64,000 bases of DNA, taken from NCBI GenBank assembly GCA_040753215.1, contig JBFMEZ010000029.1:44021-108020 (forward strand). The letters run 5' to 3'. Below, one piece after another: positions 27,359 to 37,117 of this stretch. The stretch comes from Candidatus Micrarchaeota archaeon. GTDB taxonomy: Archaea > Micrarchaeota > Micrarchaeia > Anstonellales > Bilamarchaeaceae. The notes beneath the pieces are model-generated. The model was not told the origin of the DNA and made no database searches. It worked only from the letters and a program-made list of their open reading frames with translations. Each line of letters opens with the position of its first letter. The first letter of the stretch is position 1. A program made the position numbers and the translations under genes.

Positions 27359-27790
27359 CTATTTCGAGCTCACCCAAGCAAGAATCGCGAGCGAAACCAT
27401 CGCAAAGAACAGCGGAATCATCTGGAACAGCCCTCCCTTCCCATACACGCCCAAAAAGTGCTGCAGGAGAGGATTCGATGTAATCGCAAACAGCATGAAC
27501 GCCACGACCGCAGAGAGCACCCCCAAGGTAAACCCGCTCTTCAATTCCACATAATCCTTCACATAAGTATATACAAGATAAACCGCCAGCACCAGCATTA
27601 TCGAAGACATCGCAGTGACCAGGAAGAACCCGCTCTGCATGAACTCCTTCTTGTCCTCCAGCCCCCTGAACGGCATGAGCATGTCCGCAAAAATGAATAT
27701 CGCAACCGAGAAGAACGCTATCAATACAGTGGCAATGGCCGCCTTCACATTCGAGTTATTTCTTCCTTCTTCCTTTTCCATCGTCCTCAC
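27359..27790 (-). CDS. Membrane protein (about 4 TM)
   Basis: Four hydrophobic segments; overlaps the upstream wHTH gene. Confidence 0.7.
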   Translation of the reverse strand: MRTMEKEEGRNNSNVKAAIATVLIAFFSVAIFIFADMLMPFRGLEDKKEFMQSGFFLVTAMSSIMLVLAVYLVYTYVKDYVELKSGFTLGVLSAVVAFMLFAITSNPLLQHFLGVYGKGGLFQMIPLFFAMVSLAILAWVSSK

Positions 27791-28058
27791 CCAAAACCTT
27801 CCTCAAAAACTCATTCCCGTCCCACTCCGGGCTGATGAAATACACGGACCCGTACCCCTGCTTGGGGGTATAGATTATCTCGTTCTCCACCAGCAGCTCC
27901 ACGTGCGCCTGCACGCTCTTGTAGTCCATCCCCAGCTCCTGCGCCAGTTTCCTCGTGTTCATCGGGGTGCTGCCCAGCACCTTCAGTATCCTCACGCGCG
28001 TCGGCCCCCCCTTTGATGCGTTGAGCAGCCAGTAGAGCAGCCTCGTCTTCGAGTCCAT
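27756..28058 (-). CDS. ArsR-like winged-helix regulator
   Basis: LLYWLLNASKGGPTRVRIL, LAQELGMDYKSVQAH. Confidence 0.85.
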   Translation of the reverse strand: MDSKTRLLYWLLNASKGGPTRVRILKVLGSTPMNTRKLAQELGMDYKSVQAHVELLVENEIIYTPKQGYGSVYFISPEWDGNEFLRKVLGEDDGKGRRKK

Positions 28059-28061
28059 CTA

Positions 28062-28181
28062 TGAACCTCCACGGGTGCGCGGAAGCCAGGCGATTGGCCA
28101 TTGATGAGCGCACCCCACAGTGTGGCTTCCGCCTAAAGCCTTAAAAGCCGGAAGCCATGGCTTTAGCCCGTGGAGGTTCAC
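28062..28181. mobile_element. Nested palindromic element; arms resemble an IS200/IS605-type end
   Basis: TGAACCTCCACGGG/CCCGTGGAGGTTCA arms plus CTAAAGCC/GGCTTTAG; inner GCGGAAGCCA/TGGCTTCCGC. Confidence 0.65.
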
Positions 28182-28258
28182 ATCCCACCTCCATTCGTAT
28201 TTTTTAAAACCAGCGCAGGGGGCATAAATAGCTTCCCCCAAATTGCTCCCAATTCTCC

Positions 28259-28789
28259 CTAACGCCTTTTTCCAAACGCCTTCTTCACCTTCCCAACCAG
28301 CTCATTATATACCATCTCATGGTTCTCCACCGTAAGAGTAAACACTTCCCCGAACGGCCCGTACCTCTCCACAAAATCCCTGTGCAATGTCGCAACCAGA
28401 GGCGTCTTAGATTTCAATATCTCATCCAGCGCATCCGCAAACCCCGCGCTCTCCAGCTCCATCCTCCCAATCTCATCCACCACAATCACATCATACTCCC
28501 CGAACCTCTCCATCGCAGGGAGCGCAATACCCTCAAATGATTTCACGTCCACCCCGTACTTCCCGACCTTAGGCCCTCCGCCCCCGGCCACCGCAAGGGG
28601 AGCGGCCTTCCCGCTCTCCAAATCCTTCACATGGAACCCCTTCCTCGTCCCGTGCTCCTTCTCCTCCGGCGTAATAAATCCCCCGACCCTCAGCCCCATC
28701 TTCCTGAGCTCCTCCACCACCCTCATAATTAAAGTGGTTTTCCCGCTCTTCGGCCTTCCTGTTACGAAAAAATTCTGCGGCATATTCAT
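28259..28789 (-). CDS. NTPase (THEP1/NTPase_1 family)
   Basis: TGRPKSGKTT, GGFITPE, VGKYGV, VVDEIGRME. Confidence 0.9.
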   Translation of the reverse strand: MNMPQNFFVTGRPKSGKTTLIMRVVEELRKMGLRVGGFITPEEKEHGTRKGFHVKDLESGKAAPLAVAGGGGPKVGKYGVDVKSFEGIALPAMERFGEYDVIVVDEIGRMELESAGFADALDEILKSKTPLVATLHRDFVERYGPFGEVFTLTVENHEMVYNELVGKVKKAFGKRR

Positions 28790-29412
28790 CTCCTCTTTTT
28801 TCTTAGTTCTTTTCCGTATCTTGTAAGCATAGCTTCGAAATTTACAAAATCATATCCCTTTACCTTATTATTCATCCAGTATTCCCTTGTATCCTTTATC
28901 CCCAGCTTCCTCATCGCCTTCCTCGCAAGCGGCCCCATCCCCGGGTCCGCCTTTTCCCAAATCCCCCTCAATTGCCTGAGGAATATGTTCGCAGTCACCG
29001 GCCCGACCCCCGGAAACTCCATCAATCTTCTCTCCAAATCCCTCGCATCTTTCGCTTCTGCGTGTAGCCTATTCAAGTCTCCTCCATACTTTCCCAGCAT
29101 CTTCATAACCGCCAGCAGTTTATCCGCAGTACTAAAATCATACCTCACATATCCCCCCTCGTCCAGGGAGTGCACAAAATCCTCCCAGCCCGCCTTCCTC
29201 GCCTTCCCAAATTCCAGCAGCCCATCCTTCCCAAACTGAAAATAAGTCCTCACCGCAATGTTCTCCCCAATCCTCTTCCCAAAAAGATAAGAAGCGATAA
29301 ACCACCTGAACAGCTCCTCCTTCCCCGCCCCTTCCAGCCTAATCCCGAGCTGCTCCGAATACTTCTTCCCATATTTTTCCAGGAGTTTCCGTAGCTCCTT
29401 CTTTGAGAGCAT
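28786..29412 (-). CDS. HhH-GPD-like DNA glycosylase-related protein
   Basis: HhH motif LMEFPGVGPVTANIFLR; GGYVRYD. Confidence 0.75.
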   Translation of the reverse strand: MLSKKELRKLLEKYGKKYSEQLGIRLEGAGKEELFRWFIASYLFGKRIGENIAVRTYFQFGKDGLLEFGKARKAGWEDFVHSLDEGGYVRYDFSTADKLLAVMKMLGKYGGDLNRLHAEAKDARDLERRLMEFPGVGPVTANIFLRQLRGIWEKADPGMGPLARKAMRKLGIKDTREYWMNNKVKGYDFVNFEAMLTRYGKELRKKRR

Positions 29413-29462
29413 AAAAGAACTAGAAATAATAATCTATTAATACCCAAGCAATATATGTCCTT

Positions 29463-30197
29463 ATGGCAGAAGAGAAAAAGCTCATACATCCCATCCATCC
29501 AGTTATTTTCGAAGTAGACATAAATCACCTCTGCTGGTTCGTTGATATTACGGAAAAAAACCCAGACGCCACCCTCGTCTCCACAATGTCCACGGTGCAT
29601 GGCGACCTAATCACCAACATAGTCCAGCTCACTTCCCCCAATCCCAGGGAGGATATAGAGCGCATAAAGAAGCACCCGCTCGTAAAGAAGGTGGAAATCC
29701 TTGCGCTCGCCCCAACCTCCGCCCTACTCTCTGTCACCTCCAGCTACAAGGCGATGACCTACAAGATTCTACATCAAACTAACGTTAAGCTTCTGGAGTC
29801 CCCGGTCACAAGGGGCGGCCTGGACTCCGAAATCCTCCTCGCCCCTTCCCACAAGGACATGGCAGACCTCTTGGGCCTCTGGAAGGAGCAGAAGGGCTAC
29901 GCAGAAGTGAAACTGAAGCGCAAGCGCTACCTCAAGCCGGAGGATGTCCGGTCTCTGAGCGTATTCCGCACCGCCGGCTTCTTCGACCTCCAGTCCGCAA
30001 AGGAGCTAATCACCCCCAAGCAGTTGGAGATATTCCAGCTCGCCTGCGACTACGGCTACTACGAAACACCCAAGAAAATAAGCATAGAAGAGCTCGCCCA
30101 GCGCACCGGGCTCTCCCCATCCACCCTCGCCGAGCATTTGCGCAAGGCCGAGGCAAAGCTCCTTCCCGTCTTCTGGAAAGTCCTCCGGAAGCTCTGA
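29463..30197 (+). CDS. Bacterio-opsin-activator-type (HTH_10) regulator
   Basis: C-terminal ITPKQ...GYYETPKKISIEELA...HLRKAEAKL. Confidence 0.88.
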   Translation: MAEEKKLIHPIHPVIFEVDINHLCWFVDITEKNPDATLVSTMSTVHGDLITNIVQLTSPNPREDIERIKKHPLVKKVEILALAPTSALLSVTSSYKAMTYKILHQTNVKLLESPVTRGGLDSEILLAPSHKDMADLLGLWKEQKGYAEVKLKRKRYLKPEDVRSLSVFRTAGFFDLQSAKELITPKQLEIFQLACDYGYYETPKKISIEELAQRTGLSPSTLAEHLRKAEAKLLPVFWKVLRKL

Positions 30198-30332
30198 ATG
30201 GGCGCCTATGCTTTTGCCATCTACTTACAGGGGTATAAGTAACTTATGGGGGTATAAGCAAATGCCTTCATATTTATAAATGCTGGCAGTCTAATGCCAA
30301 GTTATTTAAATATTATGTGGCACTATAATGCC

Positions 30333-31622
30333 ATGGAAACCCTCCTCACAGAGCAGAACCCCTGGTGGCACGACAGGAACGCAATATCCGCGGACAGGGA
30401 CATTGTGAATTACAGCAACGCAAGCTTCAAGATCCCCCTCCCGGCCCTGCGCGCCGAAAAGGGTGTCATCGTAATCCGCGGCCCGAGGCAGGTCGGGAAA
30501 ACCACGTTCCTCAAGCACCTTGCCGCAAAGGAGATAGGCCTTCTGGGCCCGAGGCAGGTCTTCTATTTCAGCGCGGAGAGCGGCTACCCTCTGGACAAGG
30601 CGCTCAGGGAATTCCTTGATTTCTCCGGCGAGGGCAAGAGGGTGCTTCTCATAGACGAGGCGACCGAAGACAAGGAATGGGCGACCAAGGTGAAATACCT
30701 GCTTGATTCGGGCAAGATGCGGGAAAGCGACCTCATCGTAATCACCGGCTCCTCTTCGGTGGACCTGAAAGCTGGGGCGGACAGGCTCCCCGGCCGCGGC
30801 GTGGAAGGCAACGAATTCCTGTTCTTTCCCTATTCGTTCCGGGACTTCTTTCCATCCAACCCGGAGGGCTGCGGCCTCGCGGATTTCAGCGAAAAGGCGG
30901 CGAAGGAACTCGCCCTTGACCCCCAAAACAGCATAATGTTTGCCAAGTACATCTCAAACGGCGGGCTCCCTTCGGTCTGGAACACCGAGCGCGAGCTCGC
31001 GAGGGAGAGGTACGCCAGGTGGATAGAAGGGTTCATCTCAAAGAACGGCCGCTCCATACTCTATGCCCGCGAGATTCTCGCGAAGCTGGCGGAAAAAACA
31101 ACGTTCGATTTCATGGGGCTGGCGAGGGAGACGAGCATCTCCTCCCACCACACGATAGAGGGCTACGTCTCCTTCTTCGAGGCCGGCATGCTCGGCAGGC
31201 TTCTCTACAACTACAACCTGGCCACCTCTTCGCCAGACCCGAAGAAGGAGAAGAAATTCGTCTTCATAGACCCGTTCATCTCCCAGATATTCATCAGCAA
31301 ACGGGAGGAGCCCTTCCTCGTGGAGGATATAGTCGGCTCGCACCTCCTGCGCGCCTGCGACGAGCTCTATTTCCACAGGGACAAGAAGGGCGAGGTGGAC
31401 TTTCTTTGCAAGGCAGGCGGGAAGCTGGTTCCCGTAGAGGTGAAGTGGCAGGAGAAGGTTGCCGAGTCGGATGCCCGGAACCTCAAAAAGTTCGGCGGCG
31501 GCTTCCTGCTCACAAAGGATTTCTCTGGCAGGTTCGGCAACGTGCTTGCAGTGCCGGTGCCCGTTTTCCTCAGGATGATTGGAAGAACGATGGCCATAAG
31601 GAAGCCACTAGGCCAATTCTGA
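30333..31622 (+). CDS. AAA_14/DUF4143 ATPase with C-terminal PD-(D/E)xK-like motif
   Basis: QNPWW, GPRQVGKTT, LLIDE, ITGSS, GGLP, EVDF...VEVKW. Confidence 0.9.
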   Translation: METLLTEQNPWWHDRNAISADRDIVNYSNASFKIPLPALRAEKGVIVIRGPRQVGKTTFLKHLAAKEIGLLGPRQVFYFSAESGYPLDKALREFLDFSGEGKRVLLIDEATEDKEWATKVKYLLDSGKMRESDLIVITGSSSVDLKAGADRLPGRGVEGNEFLFFPYSFRDFFPSNPEGCGLADFSEKAAKELALDPQNSIMFAKYISNGGLPSVWNTERELARERYARWIEGFISKNGRSILYAREILAKLAEKTTFDFMGLARETSISSHHTIEGYVSFFEAGMLGRLLYNYNLATSSPDPKKEKKFVFIDPFISQIFISKREEPFLVEDIVGSHLLRACDELYFHRDKKGEVDFLCKAGGKLVPVEVKWQEKVAESDARNLKKFGGGFLLTKDFSGRFGNVLAVPVPVFLRMIGRTMAIRKPLGQF

Positions 31623-31752
31623 ACGGTTGCCATGATGCTTTCCCTATTCAACCCGGCGCCTTTCCCTCGCCGTCTGGAAAGTCCTTCGGAAGCTCTAAAA
31701 CCGCTCCACAGCGGCTCTAGTATTATCTACCACTTGCCTCGGATGTATATTC

Positions 31753-32115
31753 ATGAACTTAGATGCCAGAAAGCTAACCGGTCCGGACAAGCAGATTGCC
31801 GCAGGCCAGCAACAGCAGGGTCCCCGCAAAAGCGTATTCGCGAGGGCAGTTCCTATTGTAGCCCCTCCCTTAATTACTGGTTTTCTGCTTGGTTTTGGAA
31901 TAATGTATTTCTCGCCTTCCAAGCACAAGTCCGAAAGCCAACCAGCAGCCCCCCAGCCAACAAAGAGCATTCATCCGGATTGCGATCCGGAGCATGCGCC
32001 TCCCGAATCGGGGCAGTATTATTTTGATGAGCGCGGTCGCGTTCATGAGGGTTACAGGATAGTTGACGGGCACGGTCGCGTCATCCGCTTCTGCCCGCCC
32101 ACCTGGGGCAGGTAG
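31753..32115 (+). CDS. Hypothetical single-pass membrane protein
   Basis: One TM segment (LITGFLLGFGIMYF); starts at the end of the repeat. Confidence 0.55.
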   Translation: MNLDARKLTGPDKQIAAGQQQQGPRKSVFARAVPIVAPPLITGFLLGFGIMYFSPSKHKSESQPAAPQPTKSIHPDCDPEHAPPESGQYYFDERGRVHEGYRIVDGHGRVIRFCPPTWGR

Positions 32116-32121
32116 ATTCCT

Positions 32122-32613
32122 ATGGGTATAACCATGAACACAAATATCAAAGACCTCAGCTACGAAGAGCGATGCAGGAATGAGCACTTCATAGACAATG
32201 TCGGCGCTGATGAGCGCCTGTCCCAATCTTTTCGCCAAGAGGCGTGTGAGTTCGCTAAACAGAACGGAATAGCTCTCACAGATGAGGCACATGTGCGCCG
32301 CCTGTTCGCTTATCTGAGGGACCAGGGAAAAATAGAACGGCTGATAAAAAGGGAAGCCGGGGACTGGGTAGGGTTCAGCCGCTATGGCACGACCGGGGAC
32401 GTCGAAAGGGCAGTCTCTCTCGCAAGGCACAAGCTCTATATGGTTAAGGACGGCCTTGACGCAAGAATGCTGTTTGACGACGCTTGGAGGTTTTTCGGCC
32501 ATCCTTCCAACGATTTGGAACGTCCTTACCGGCTTCGGGACAGGTTCTCGCGCTGGCTGGACCGCAAGCTGCAACAGATGGAAGCGGCGCCCGGCGGCAG
32601 AATCCGGCGCTAA
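32122..32613 (+). CDS. Hypothetical protein
   Basis: 163-aa ORF directly downstream. Confidence 0.55.
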   Translation: MGITMNTNIKDLSYEERCRNEHFIDNVGADERLSQSFRQEACEFAKQNGIALTDEAHVRRLFAYLRDQGKIERLIKREAGDWVGFSRYGTTGDVERAVSLARHKLYMVKDGLDARMLFDDAWRFFGHPSNDLERPYRLRDRFSRWLDRKLQQMEAAPGGRIRR

Positions 32614-32692
32614 AACTCACGCCGATGCCTGCCAATAAACCCGCCGTACAGCGGCTCTACTAATATCTACCAATTGCAGAGTATGTATAATT

Positions 32693-33949
32693 ATGAATCA
32701 TAGTGCAAGATACATAAAGAGATCAAGCGCGGATATAATGGAAGTAGTTCGCGGATTTGATCGTTACCACAGAATGTTCAGGGAGTATACACAAAGAGGT
32801 GGAAAGGTTGGAAGTTCTTTAGACCGGGGGGCATTCACCCGCCCTCACGAGGTATTGCCTGAAGAAGCACGTTTTCTTCTTGGTGAGGGGCGGAGGAGCG
32901 GATCTTTTGCATATGGTCCGGAAGCAGGAGATGACAAATTAAGAGAAAAAATAGCGGAGGTTGAAAATAGGCGCCATGGAACTTTCTATTCGCCAGATAA
33001 CGTTGCTATGCTTCCAGGTGCTTGGTCAGGAATAGTATTTGCGATAGAAGAGATCCTGAATCTAAAAAATGGAAAGATGAATAAAGAAAAAATAGCAATT
33101 ATAGGGCCAACTTTATACCTGATGTTTCAGCGCATTATCAGAGACTATGGCATCGAAGTAAATGCGTATGATTTTGTAGTCCCTGGGACAGAGCGCGTCC
33201 CAACAAGTATGGATGATATGGAGTGTGTCTTTGCCGATAGACCGAAAATGATTGTAATCACAAACCCAAACAATCCGGATGGCAAATACTTTCCACCTGC
33301 TTTACTAAGAGAGGTTATTGAAAGGGCAGGCCAAGAAGGAATTTACATCATTATGGATGAGATTCAAAACTGTTTCCCCCGCCGTGCTCGTATAGGGTAC
33401 AGTTCATGGATTCAAGCGCCAAACGTAGTCCGTATGGATTCTGCTTCAAAAGCGTATGCGCTTGCAGAATACAAGACCGGATGGATGATCGCAGAACCGA
33501 GGCTGCTTGGCGACAGAATGGATGGAATTATAAGTCGTATGAGCGGGATTATGGGTAATGCTCCAAGAGCCGCAAATACGGCGTTACTTTACTTGCTTAA
33601 TAGGGAATTGGAAAGAATTGCGACAGGAGTAGACTATTTATCATCTGTTCATGCAAAATTAACCAGAAAAGAAGAATTTGTCCTGGCTCATTTGGCAGCC
33701 ATGGACAACATCATAGAAATAATTTTGCCACACGCCTGCATCAACCTTACGGTGCAGGTTGCATTTGATGGGACCGATATGGAGCTAGCGAAAATATTGA
33801 TGGAGAACGGAACACTTCTGATGCCTGCTAGCGGATATGGCCATAGCATAAGTCCGCCCACCCTGCGCATCACTTTTGCAGAAAGGCAAGAAAAAGTGGA
33901 GCATTCCATGGCTGTTTTAGAGCGTGTACTTGGAGGTTATGTTTCATGA
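32693..33949 (+). CDS. PLP-dependent aminotransferase, class I/II
   Basis: NPNNPDG, IMDEI, SASK (PLP lysine), LRITFA. Confidence 0.9.
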   Translation: MNHSARYIKRSSADIMEVVRGFDRYHRMFREYTQRGGKVGSSLDRGAFTRPHEVLPEEARFLLGEGRRSGSFAYGPEAGDDKLREKIAEVENRRHGTFYSPDNVAMLPGAWSGIVFAIEEILNLKNGKMNKEKIAIIGPTLYLMFQRIIRDYGIEVNAYDFVVPGTERVPTSMDDMECVFADRPKMIVITNPNNPDGKYFPPALLREVIERAGQEGIYIIMDEIQNCFPRRARIGYSSWIQAPNVVRMDSASKAYALAEYKTGWMIAEPRLLGDRMDGIISRMSGIMGNAPRAANTALLYLLNRELERIATGVDYLSSVHAKLTRKEEFVLAHLAAMDNIIEIILPHACINLTVQVAFDGTDMELAKILMENGTLLMPASGYGHSISPPTLRITFAERQEKVEHSMAVLERVLGGYVS

Positions 33950-35520
33950 GCGATATCCTTCCCTATGATATCCTGAACAAGGGCTGGAAAGCCACCTGCA
34001 AAATCCTCTTAGGCGAGGAAATAGGCGAGCTCAGCGATTACAGGGAATGGCTCTCGGAGTTCCTTCCTCCCACCGGAAAAACCCATTCCCACCTCTCCGG
34101 AAAGGAAGTAACCCTCGCCATGGATGCCTACTGCCCAAAATCCAGGTTCATCTCTTCCGATGAAATAAAGGAAAAGAAGCTCGCCCCCCTCTCCATAGAC
34201 CAGGTAAAGGACATAGATTCCATCGCAGAAGCAATCTCAGAAAGATGGGAATACACCGGAAACAGGGTCCTCGGCAATTCCTCTTCTGTAGATTCCTCCG
34301 ACCTGGTAATGGATTCCCAGTTCGTCTCCGGCTCCACCAACATCCAGCAGTCCTCCTACGTTTATTCCTCTGCCCTCGCCCGCATGGGCAGCAAATACAT
34401 CTACGGCTCCCACGGCTTCGCCCAGGGCGAGTTCCTCATCCGCCACTGCGCGGGCTTCAACCTCAAGCGCCAGTTCGAGACCCACTTCATAACCGACAGC
34501 AGTGACCTCTATTTCGCATTCAACTGCATAGGCTGCAGCGAGCTCCTCTTCTCCTTCTTCCAGCGCAACAAGCGCCATTGCATAGGAAATCTCCAGCTTC
34601 CCAAGGAGAAATATCTCTCCCTCAAGAAGAAGCTCCTGTCCGAAGTGGCCTCCGAGCTTAAGAGAAACAAGCGCTTCCCATCCCTTTTCCACCTGGTTCC
34701 GAACAGCAAGCCTCGCCATTCCCTTTCCATCCCGCAATCCAGGCCCAAAGAGGACATGCCCGCAATAGACAAAGCGTTCTCCTCCGCCTTCAAGGTCATT
34801 TTCAGAAAGGATGCGCAATCCGTATTCCCATACGAAAAATGGCTCTCCCGCCAGCTCCTCGGCATAAGCGAGATAAAGTCCCCCTTCGGCCACAAGACCT
34901 GTTTCCCAGAGACCAAGGCAATGTTCCTCTTCTTCACCGCCCCCCGCAGCCGCATGGTCTCCCTTGCCGAAGGGATGGAACTCGGAAAGCGCCACCTCGA
35001 AGAGCCGCAGCTCTCCTCCCTTTCCAGCATAATAGATAATCTGGGTGAAATCGGCTATTTCACAGCCGAATTCCTGGACGGCCCGGTCACCAACGCCATA
35101 AGCACGCCCATCGCCTACTATTCCTCCAACGTCTACAAGGCGCTGGACGCAACCCATTCCGAATACTCGGGCCTCTCCTCCCAGGTGCTGAACTCAAAAT
35201 ACTGCTTCGGCGGCTTCCGCATATTGGAGTCCCAGTTCTGCCTCAACTGCTACAATTCCCTCAATCTTTCCCGTTGCCTGGAAGTGGACACTTCCGAGAA
35301 ATGCTCCGACTCCCTCTTCTGCCACAACTCCGAAGGGCTCGCGGAATGCATGTTTTGCTTCAATCTTAAGGGGAAGAGGTATGCAATAGGCAATTCGCCC
35401 CTTCCGCCGCAGGAATATCTCAAGGTGAAGGATTCCCTTCTTTCCCAGATGGCCGATGAACTGGAGCGCAACCACTTGCTCCCCTACGACATATTCAACA
35501 TCGGCTGTGCAGGTGCATGA
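33946..35520 (+). CDS. Cys/Ser-rich internally duplicated repeat protein, paralog 1
   Basis: Two halves each ending C..CMFCFN...K..IGN..LP...Y; homologous to three other ORFs in the window. Confidence 0.85.
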   Translation: MSDILPYDILNKGWKATCKILLGEEIGELSDYREWLSEFLPPTGKTHSHLSGKEVTLAMDAYCPKSRFISSDEIKEKKLAPLSIDQVKDIDSIAEAISERWEYTGNRVLGNSSSVDSSDLVMDSQFVSGSTNIQQSSYVYSSALARMGSKYIYGSHGFAQGEFLIRHCAGFNLKRQFETHFITDSSDLYFAFNCIGCSELLFSFFQRNKRHCIGNLQLPKEKYLSLKKKLLSEVASELKRNKRFPSLFHLVPNSKPRHSLSIPQSRPKEDMPAIDKAFSSAFKVIFRKDAQSVFPYEKWLSRQLLGISEIKSPFGHKTCFPETKAMFLFFTAPRSRMVSLAEGMELGKRHLEEPQLSSLSSIIDNLGEIGYFTAEFLDGPVTNAISTPIAYYSSNVYKALDATHSEYSGLSSQVLNSKYCFGGFRILESQFCLNCYNSLNLSRCLEVDTSEKCSDSLFCHNSEGLAECMFCFNLKGKRYAIGNSPLPPQEYLKVKDSLLSQMADELERNHLLPYDIFNIGCAGA

Positions 35521-35521
35521 T

Positions 35522-37099
35522 ATGGACACATACGAAGCCCTCAACCGCTCCTGGAAATCCCTCTGCCGCCTTCTTCTGGGCGAAGAGATAGGCGAGATGA
35601 AAGAATACGAGAAATGGCTCACCCAATACCTTGAGCCCATGCGCGTGGAGCGCTCTGCAATCTCAGGCAAGGATGTATATGTAGCGGTTCCAGAATACTG
35701 CAAAGATGCAAAATTCATCTCCCTAGAAGACACTCAATCTTCCAAGCCCGCCCCCCTCTCCATCAACGAAATCAAGGACATAGACTCAATAATGGAATCC
35801 CTCCGCGAGCGCTTCCTCTACTCCGGCAACGTCATCCTTTCCAATTCCCGCGATGTTTCCCAGAGCACCAACATCCAGAACTCCTTCCACGTGCTCCGCT
35901 CCAACTTCATCTGGGATTCCGAATACATTGGCTACTCCTCCATGGTCCGCGGCGGCAAGCATCTTATTGGAGTAAACAACGACGCCTACTCCTCATTCAT
36001 GCTCAGCAGCATGGAAACCTACAAGAACAGCCGCTGCCTGGAGCTGTGGGAATCCTTCGACTGCACCGAATCCTATTTTGTGTTCGGCTCATGGAACTGC
36101 CAGAACATCCTTTTCTCCTTCAACCAGCGCAACAGGCGCAACGTAATCGGAAACATCGAGCTCCCGCGCGACAAATTCCTTTCCCTCAAGAGCAAGTTAA
36201 TAGAAGAGATGCGCGATGAGCTGAAGCGCAACAAATCCCTGCCTTCTCTCTTTGAAATCGCATCTGCCAACCTGAGGAGATCGAAAATACCCGCCGGCTT
36301 CCATACTGAAGAGATGCAGGAAGGCACGGACAAGGGCATAATAGAGGACGCATTCCGCAAGACCACGAAAATAGTCTTCGGGAAAGAGCTGCAGGACATG
36401 GATGCCTATGGGGATTGGCTCCTGCGCCACGTGATAAAAACGAAACCCGCTGTTTCCGCAGCCACGGGCAGGCCCACCTCCCTGAGCTCACACGCCCCTT
36501 ACAAATTCTATCCAAGGAACCGTCTCGTGAAGATGAATGAGGCAGTGAAGCTCGGCGAAATCCTCCATATGGATGAATCTGACATCCACTCGCTCGATTC
36601 CCTCAAGGACTCCCTCTGGAAAATCGCGTTCTTCTGCTCCGAGATAATGCTCGGCGAAAACAAAAACCTGATTGGAGTGATGCTCGCCAACCAGTCCAGC
36701 AACTGCTACAATGGTTCGGTCTATTCCTATGATGAATACTGCGGCTTCTCCTTCTGGCCAAGGGACTCCAAATATATGTTCGGCTCATCTATGGCCTTCT
36801 CCTCCAATTTCTGCATCAACGCCTACAATTCCCTCAACCTCTCGCGCTGTTTTGAGGTGGACGGCTGCAGCAGCTCCTCCGACCTCTACTTCTCCCACAA
36901 CTGCGAGAACGCGCAGGACGCGATGTTCTGCTTCAATTCCAAGAATCTTAAGCACTCGATAGGCAATTCCGCGCTCCCGCCCGATAAATACAAGTCCCTG
37001 AAATCCTCGCTCCTCTCCCAAATCTCAGACGAGCTTGAGAAGACCAAATCCCTCAGATGGGACATCTTCAACCTGGGCTGTCCAAAGGTGCCATCCTGA
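35522..37099 (+). CDS. Cys/Ser-rich internally duplicated repeat protein, paralog 2
   Basis: YEALNRSWK..C..LLGEEIG, PLSINEIKDIDSI. Confidence 0.85.
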   Translation: MDTYEALNRSWKSLCRLLLGEEIGEMKEYEKWLTQYLEPMRVERSAISGKDVYVAVPEYCKDAKFISLEDTQSSKPAPLSINEIKDIDSIMESLRERFLYSGNVILSNSRDVSQSTNIQNSFHVLRSNFIWDSEYIGYSSMVRGGKHLIGVNNDAYSSFMLSSMETYKNSRCLELWESFDCTESYFVFGSWNCQNILFSFNQRNRRNVIGNIELPRDKFLSLKSKLIEEMRDELKRNKSLPSLFEIASANLRRSKIPAGFHTEEMQEGTDKGIIEDAFRKTTKIVFGKELQDMDAYGDWLLRHVIKTKPAVSAATGRPTSLSSHAPYKFYPRNRLVKMNEAVKLGEILHMDESDIHSLDSLKDSLWKIAFFCSEIMLGENKNLIGVMLANQSSNCYNGSVYSYDEYCGFSFWPRDSKYMFGSSMAFSSNFCINAYNSLNLSRCFEVDGCSSSSDLYFSHNCENAQDAMFCFNSKNLKHSIGNSALPPDKYKSLKSSLLSQISDELEKTKSLRWDIFNLGCPKVPS

Positions 37100-37117
37100 A
37101 CCCGCAAACAATGGTGT

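Larger units (their letters stand above)
31697..32697 (+). repeat. Imperfect 61-bp direct repeat of an upstream region plus ATG (31697-31757 and 32637-32697)
   Basis: 48/61 identical with no gaps; core ACAGCGGCTCTA-TA-TATCTACCA-TTGC. Confidence 0.75.
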
